From positions 376,836,001-376,900,000 of the forward strand of contig OZ024741.1 of assembly GCA_964016885.1 (NCBI GenBank): a stretch of 64,000 bases of DNA, in the 5' to 3' direction. The notes below the pieces were generated by a model. The model saw nothing but the letters and a program-made list of their open reading frames with translations, was not told the origin of the DNA and made no database searches. Both the position numbers and the translations under genes were made by a program. Positions 55,164 through 64,000 of this stretch are shown piece by piece. How positions within the stretch are numbered: the stretch's first letter is position 1; each line of letters starts with the position of its first letter. The DNA comes from Eledone cirrhosa (taxonomy: Eukaryota).

Positions 55164-55653
55164 CATTCGAACCCGTAACTATAACATCGCTTTCTAGCTA
55201 ACCACGCTCTCTTCCACCACCCTACAAGACAATACACTGCTTATCAGTATAAATGGTATCTCAGTGCAATTCACAGATTACTACTATAAACCCAAAGTCC
55301 ACTCACCACATAAACTTCGTCTGTCCCCTTTCTACCTCTCTCTCTACATCCATTACACTCTCTCACTCTCGCCTTTGGCATACCTCCCTCTCCACATCTA
55401 TGAACCATCCCTCTGGGGCAATAAATAATTTCCACCTTAACTATCAACGCATCTCTCCATAAGTAACCAGTATAATAAAACCCCTACAATAACATTTTGA
55501 TTAAGATATCTACAAGCCACTCTCTCCTACTTCTCCAACCCCTGCATATCTTTCTCTCTCTCTCCCTCTTCCCTATTTTTCTCTCTTCCTTTTCTACTCT
55601 ATCTTCCCCAACAACACCACTTAAGGGTATTTACTTTGTACATTTTATCATTC

Positions 55654-55765
55654 TGCTCTGAGGCTACAGTGGTCACAGCATTGGATATTTGAGTTCTGCA
55701 AATTCTTGTAAATTTGCACATAGCATAACTAGGCTGTAGTACCACCGTAGAAACATTTGTAAGCA
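55654..55765 (+). ncRNA. Hammerhead ribozyme with long stem II, A9C variant
   Basis: TGCT-CTGAGGC-TACAGTGGTCACAGC..GCTGTAGTACCACCGTA-GAAA-CATTTG-TA-AGCA, then AATAAA. Confidence 0.62.
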
Positions 55766-56039
55766 CACGGAATAAATTACCTTTTTATGATGTCTACCTG
55801 TTATTATTCACTCTTTATATATATATATATAGGTTTTAATATAGATGGATTTAAAGAAAAGGGATATTCTTTAAAAGATAAATTCTTTAAGGTTCTACTG
55901 AGTGACAAAGGCCTAGAGAATTCTATAGACCAATTAAAAATATTGAGTGCATATCATACGATTATCTTCAAGTTTCTCTTAAACTATTCAACTATATGCC
56001 AAAAATCAACAGACACATTCACAAACACACTCGCGCGCA

Positions 56040-58200
<2,161 letters not shown>

Positions 58201-58411
58201 ATATTGTTATATTTGGGGAGGGTCATATTTGCGTAATATTGCCAGAATTAATAACAGAACACACTCACTGTTTGGTTGGTTTTCGCTTCTCGCTGTCTTT
58301 TATATATATATATCTGCGATCTAACTTACTCGGTCCTCAATGTTGCCATTGACTGACCGGCGGTCAAAAATAATACAGATACAATATAGACAAACACATA
58401 TATATATAGTT

Positions 58412-58453
58412 TACATAAATCTTTCGTTGCACATCTGCAACATCGTCAGTGGT
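58412..58453 (-). ncRNA. Minimal hammerhead ribozyme (weak stem I)
   Basis: CA-CTGACGA-T-GTTGCA(GATG)TGCAAC-GAAA-GATT-TA-TG. Confidence 0.68.
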
Positions 58454-59408
58454 GTTATATTCATTGTTCCTCCTGTTGTGTTGTATGTCTACGCCATTTT
58501 TTTTTTTTGTTCAGTCTGTCTATATATTTATTTATTTATTTGCTTGTTTGTTTATCTTATTTTATTTTGTCTTCTTTGCGCATGCGTTTGCGTGTGTGTA
58601 TAGTGTTATGTGTGATGTGTGACTAGTGTGTATAGTGTTGTCTGCTGGGTGACTAGTGTGTGTTTATGTGCTTGTGTATGTATTTATTTATCTTATTTTA
58701 TTTAATTTACTTTACTTATTTATTTATACTTCTCTTAGGTCAGTGTTGTTTGTTTGGGTGTTGTTGTTGTTCCACTCATTCTTTCTGTTTAGCTTTGGTC
58801 TTCTAATTTCTATTTCACTGGCCTCTCTGATTTGCCTATCTGCTGGGTCATTCCTATGTTTAGATATTATTCTAATTTCTATGTTGTCTATGTTACCGTC
58901 ATGGTGTTGTCTAGCATGTTCGTATAGTACTGACCCGTTTTTTCGTCCTTTTAGTTCCCCCCAGTGTTGGTCTATCCTTTCACCTATGCTACGAGCTGTC
59001 TCACCTATGTATGTTGTTGTCGTGTTTCTGCAAGTACCCTCTGTACATCTTATGCTATAGACTACGTTTCTAGTTTTACAGTTTATCCGGGGGTTCACCT
59101 TACATATGATACATTTCCTATTGGTACAGTGGGTTTTCTTAAAAGGGTAGGTTTTGCTGATCAGGGATTTTATGGTGGTTCCTGGCTTTTCTACCACCTT
59201 TATTTTTAAGTGGGTCTTTCTCAGGGCCTTTCTACACTGGTTAGCTAATTTCCCTCCAGGGGTGGCGTCCACAAACATGACACTCTGATATCTCTGGTTG
59301 TCGTACCATGAAGTGGCCTTCCCTATCTTATGTCTAGCCCTATCTAAGCTATTCCAAAAAAAAAATGGCGTAGACATACAACACAACAGGAGGAACAATG
59401 AATATAAC

Positions 59409-59450
59409 ACCACTGACGATGTTGCAGATGTGCAACGAAAGATTTATGTA
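59409..59450 (+). ncRNA. Minimal hammerhead ribozyme (weak stem I)
   Basis: Mirror of 58412-58453. Confidence 0.68.
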
Positions 59451-59722
59451 AACTATATATATATGTGTTTGTCTATATTGTATCTGTATTATTTTTGACC
59501 GCCGGTCAGTCAATGGCAACATTGAGGACCGAGTAAGTTAGATCGCAGATATATATATATAAAAGACAGCGAGAAGCGAAAACCAACCAAACAGTGAGTG
59601 TGTTCTGTTATTAATTCTGGCAATATTACGCAAATATGACCCTCCCCAAATATAACAATATCGGTTTCGACACACGATTTCATATAAAAAACCTCGCAAA
59701 ACTAATTCATCGCCGCTATATA

Positions 59723-60073
<351 letters not shown>

Positions 60074-60102
60074 TATATATATATATATATATACACATAT
60101 AT

Positions 60103-60710
60103 GGTGGCTGCCAACTCGTTTTCGGGTACGGCCACTACTTTATATCCATGTAGGAGAACGCCTACCGGTGCGCTGACCGAGTGTGACTTTTCAGTCCGGC
60201 GACCGTATTGAAAACTCTGGTACAAACACTACACTTGTGACAATTATTGACACATAGTACTGGGCCCATGGTACCATGTGAGGACAAGTGCAGAGAGATC
60301 TCCAGATATAAAGCAATGCCTGTGCCGTGAAGCTTTTATAGTGAGCAAAGGCACTGCACAAAGCCAGTCCCACTCTCTTAACCAAGATGATATTTACCAA
60401 AAAGAAGAACAAGTCAACATCATTGGATACGATCAGGGTTGCAGGTGTTATATCATAGTTTTCCTTCTCCTAGAATTCTGCCTTGACAAAGGCTAAGGGG
60501 TCATCTCTCCCGGTGATTTTGGATGGCCATTGACTCTTAAGAGCTCCTTTGCCCTTTGACAGGTGTTGTTTTTAGTCCTGCAGGATGTCCAAAGTCACCC
60601 TCCTCACCAAGAAACCTTGGTGGGGTTGCCAGTTTAGTCGCCAACGTCCCGACCATGAGACAGGTTGTACTGGGATACATGTTACCAGTAGCACCAACTG
60701 GTGACCTGAC
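60103..60710 (-). mobile_element. RTE 5'UTR-related element (tentative)
   Basis: 60314-60513 is homologous to 8430-8650, which lies upstream of the RTE ORF. Confidence 0.45.
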
Positions 60711-61004
60711 ACACATACGTACACACATATACATATATATATATACAGACACACACATACACGTACATATACACATATACACACATACACATTTGCATAC
60801 ATACATATATACATATACATATATATATACACACACACACACACACATGCACATACATATATACACATATATACACACATACACACATATATAAATAAAT
60901 AAATACACACACAGGGAGAACCACACAAACACATACACACATATACACACACAAGCACATATATATACACATATATACATATATATATATATATAGAGAG
61001 AGAT

Positions 61005-61322
61005 GTTGAGTTTATGTTGGTTGTATACCAACACCTCAGTATGCAGCTGGAGCACTCGACGAAGTGCGCAGGTTGGTTTGGTTACTCCGGAGTAGTGTAA
61101 AATAAAGTTAAATAAAAGTCAAATGATTAAAATTTAGCTTCGTTTATTACTGCTATATATATTTCAGTGACAGCCATCTTTGGCTGAGACCTCTTCAGGT
61201 AGTTTGAATTAGTATGGTATAGACAAGTACATATATTGTTTAGGTGTATAATATTGTCAATACTCTGATATGCCCAGTTCCTTGTTGGGTTGTTATTTCA
61301 CTGAGGAACTGGAGTCATATGA
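61005..61322 (-). mobile_element. Second copy of the 42 kb pLTR family with HHR at 61149-61203
   Basis: Near-identical to 41949-42267. HHR reads ACTAC-CTGAAGA-GGTCTCAGCCAAAGATGGCTGTCACT-GAAA-TATATA-TA-GCAGT. Confidence 0.88.
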
Positions 61323-62164
61323 ATTCAAACAAACGAATTTCAGTGTCAAAGGTCCTCTTCTCCTCTCATTGGTCAGTTATTAGAACATTCCTCATTCTAA
61401 GTGTTGTTATTGTTGGAGTTAGCTTAAAAAGTTGATAAAATGGTAGAAGGGACAAGGTGTTAAAGGAACAAAATAACCAAAAAAGTGTCAAACTTCCCAT
61501 TGGTCAGTTCTGAGAGCATTCCTCAGTCAGAAGTCTATAGAATTCTTTCTGTAGAATTCTATTTACTATTATATCAAATTTAGATTCTATAATAAATAGA
61601 CGCACTGACTTGTTTTCCCTCTGCTTGCATAAATTCCACCGAACATTCCATAAAGTATACAGCTAATATCTAATACTTTATCAATTTAAAATCCTTTTCT
61701 CAAAGGCACATATATATATATATATATATTTCTTTAAAAATATACCCATCTTTCTACCTTATTTCAAAGTTATTTATTATACATTATATAATACTAGTTA
61801 CTCATTCTATATCACTCCTATTTATCACTTCCCTTTCTTTCTTTTTTCCTTTTCTTTTCTTTTTTTCTTTTTCTTTTTCTTTTAATTTCTAACCCCTAAT
61901 CTGTACCTTTCTTCCTAGACACTTCTCAATTATCATTGTGCCTAACGTAGAAACAATTATTACACAGCACAATATATTCTTACTTTATATCACCTTTAAA
62001 AAATCCTTCGTAAACATGAACATTTTTTTGACGCTAGATTATTCATCCTCAATTCATTATTTTTTTCTCCCTTTCTTGCTCATCTAACCTATTCATCCAA
62101 TCTTCTACTTCTTTCACAATATATCCTTAATTACATTACTATTGCTATATTTTTATATTTTTTA

Positions 62165-62340
62165 ATAATACATATCAACAATTTCTTTCCATTGCACATA
62201 TTATTAAACCCTTAAATATTATTCTTAATACATATTAACAATTTCTTTTCATCGCATATATTATTAAACCCTTAAATATTATTCTTAATAAATATTAACA
62301 ATTTCTATTCATCGCACATATTATTAAACCCTTCAATATA
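62165..62340. repeat. 60 bp minisatellite x3
   Basis: ttaatacatattaacaatttcttttcatcgcatatattattaaacccttaaatattattc repeated. Confidence 0.88.
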
Positions 62341-62683
62341 CAAACCTTAATTTAACATTATTTTTCTCTTCGTTAATTTTCAAATTCTTTTAATTTATAT
62401 ATTATCTTCCAACGGTTTTTCAACCTCTCTATGTAAAACAATACATTTTTCTCAGTTATAAAAGCTATCTCTCTCTCACTATCACCCATCTCTCCTCCTA
62501 TCTCATCCTTCCTCATTATACTACTCCTCCTCCACTTTTTACTCTCATCTTCTCCTCTTTTTCACCCACCCCGCTCAACATTTTTTTTCCCAATATCACA
62601 CATCAATCTAAAACTACTTTTCATATGTTGATTTAAAACTGCACTATTCACAAGTGTTTTTTAACCTTCATATCATGTCTCCC

Positions 62684-62754
62684 TATTTTATCTGACGAAA
62701 ACGCAAATGTTATTGCATGATGATATTTGTTTGTGAAATGCGAATAATAAAATA
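62684..62754 (+). ncRNA. Minimal type I hammerhead ribozyme
   Basis: TATTTTAT-CTGACGA-AAAC-GCAAATGTTATT(GCAT)GATGATATTTGT-TTGT-GAAA-TGCGAA-TA-ATAAAATA; follows a pyrimidine-rich tract. Confidence 0.8.
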
Positions 62755-62782
62755 CATGGAACTTTTAACCATCTTTTGATCT

Positions 62783-62824
<42 letters not shown>

Positions 62825-62943
62825 AGGTGTGTGTATATATATATATGTGTATATTTGAGTGTGTGTGTGTGTGTATGTATGTGTATGTATGTGCGTGTCT
62901 GTGTATATGTATGTGTGTGTGTGCGTATATATGTGTGTATATA

Positions 62944-63041
<98 letters not shown>

Positions 63042-63552
63042 TATATGTATATGTACGTGTGTGTCCGTGTGTGTGTGTGTGTGTGTGCAGATGCATATGC
63101 ATGTATGTATACATCCATGAATGTATATATGTGTGTGTGTATATGTGTATATATGTATATATATATATATATATGTGTGTGTGTATATGTATGTGTGTGT
63201 ATATATATATACACACACACATGCGTGCGCATGTGCACATGCACACATTTGCACATACATACGCATGCGCACATGCATATATGCACCTACACATCTTGTG
63301 TATATGTGTATGTGTGTATGTATATATGTATGTATGTGTATATATATATATATATATGTTTATGTGTATATATGTATATGTATGTGTGCGTATATGTGCG
63401 TGTGTGTGTATGTGTATGTGTACATGTGTGCATGTGTGCATGTGCATGTGCACACACGTGTACACATGTATACACATGTGTATCTGCAGGTGCATACATG
63501 TACACAAATACACATGCGCACGCGCGTGTGCACATATATATGTGTGTGTATA

Positions 63553-63595
<43 letters not shown>

Positions 63596-63629
63596 TATAT
63601 ATATATATGTATATATGTGTATATATATA

Positions 63630-63660
<31 letters not shown>

Positions 63661-63777
63661 GTGTTTCTGTGGTTCTCTCTGTGTGTGTATTTTTTTTATT
63701 CATATATGTGTGTATTCGTGTATATATGTGTATATATGTGTGTGTGTGTATATATATATATGTATATGTATATATAA

Positions 63778-63851
<74 letters not shown>

Positions 63852-63864
63852 GTATTTATAAGTG

Positions 63865-63898
<34 letters not shown>

Positions 63899-64000
63899 GA
63901 AATATATATATATGTATATGTATATATGTATGTATTCACATGTATATGTGTATATGTGTGTATGTGTGTATATGTGTATATGTAGGTGTATGTATGTATG
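62783..64000. repeat. Compound (TA)/(TG) microsatellite
   Basis: Seen directly. Confidence 0.95.

Larger units (their letters stand above)
52410..55821 (+). mobile_element. Near full-length PLE (Hydra-clade-like) with inverted pLTR, inserted in (TA)n
   Basis: 52550-52782 mirrors 55589-55821, enclosing the RT-EN ORF and a pyrimidine-rich 3' UTR. Confidence 0.92.
58201..59661 (-). mobile_element. 5'-truncated PLE (Nematis-like) GIY-YIG fragment with apparently identical 306 bp inverted ends
   Basis: ORF 58724-59413: VMFVDATPGGKLA, CIICK, CKTRNVVYSIRC..YIGETARS. 58201-58506 mirrors 59356-59661. Same terminal motif as 14520-14545. Confidence 0.9.

Noticed and set aside
60560-60710. HDV-like or twister ribozyme in the RTE-related element
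   Set aside because: Several stems are present, but L3/P1.1 and twister core nucleotides do not match.

Overview
AT-rich, repeat-saturated animal DNA, most likely an octopod cephalopod (inferred from the MetaSINE-type SINEs, huge (TA)n/(CA)n tracts and RTE/Penelope content). No intact host gene was recognised, and most of the supplied ORFs are microsatellite artefacts. Mobile-element content: at least 7 Penelope-like element (PLE) copies or fragments (three Hydra-clade-like, including one near-full-length RT+GIY-YIG ORF at 52833-55163 with one in-frame stop), an RTE LINE, a decayed R4/Dong-like RT, about 8 tRNA-derived SINEs and a foldback MITE. The hidden layer is RNA. Reading both strands by eye gave about 28 type I hammerhead ribozyme (HHR) motifs (about 24 well formed, 4 decayed) from roughly 13 sequence families. 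Two families form non-coding tandem arrays (31.8-34.6 kb with 450-590 bp units; 50.4-51.7 kb with 312 bp units) that look like non-LTR retrozymes, i.e. templates for ribozyme-processed circular RNAs. Their units differ in sequence but share the same ribozyme architecture. Most other HHRs sit in inverted-repeat insertions whose 3' ends face outward into (TA)n, and some carry non-canonical cores (U3-A8, C4). All structures were paired manually; no folding or database search was run.
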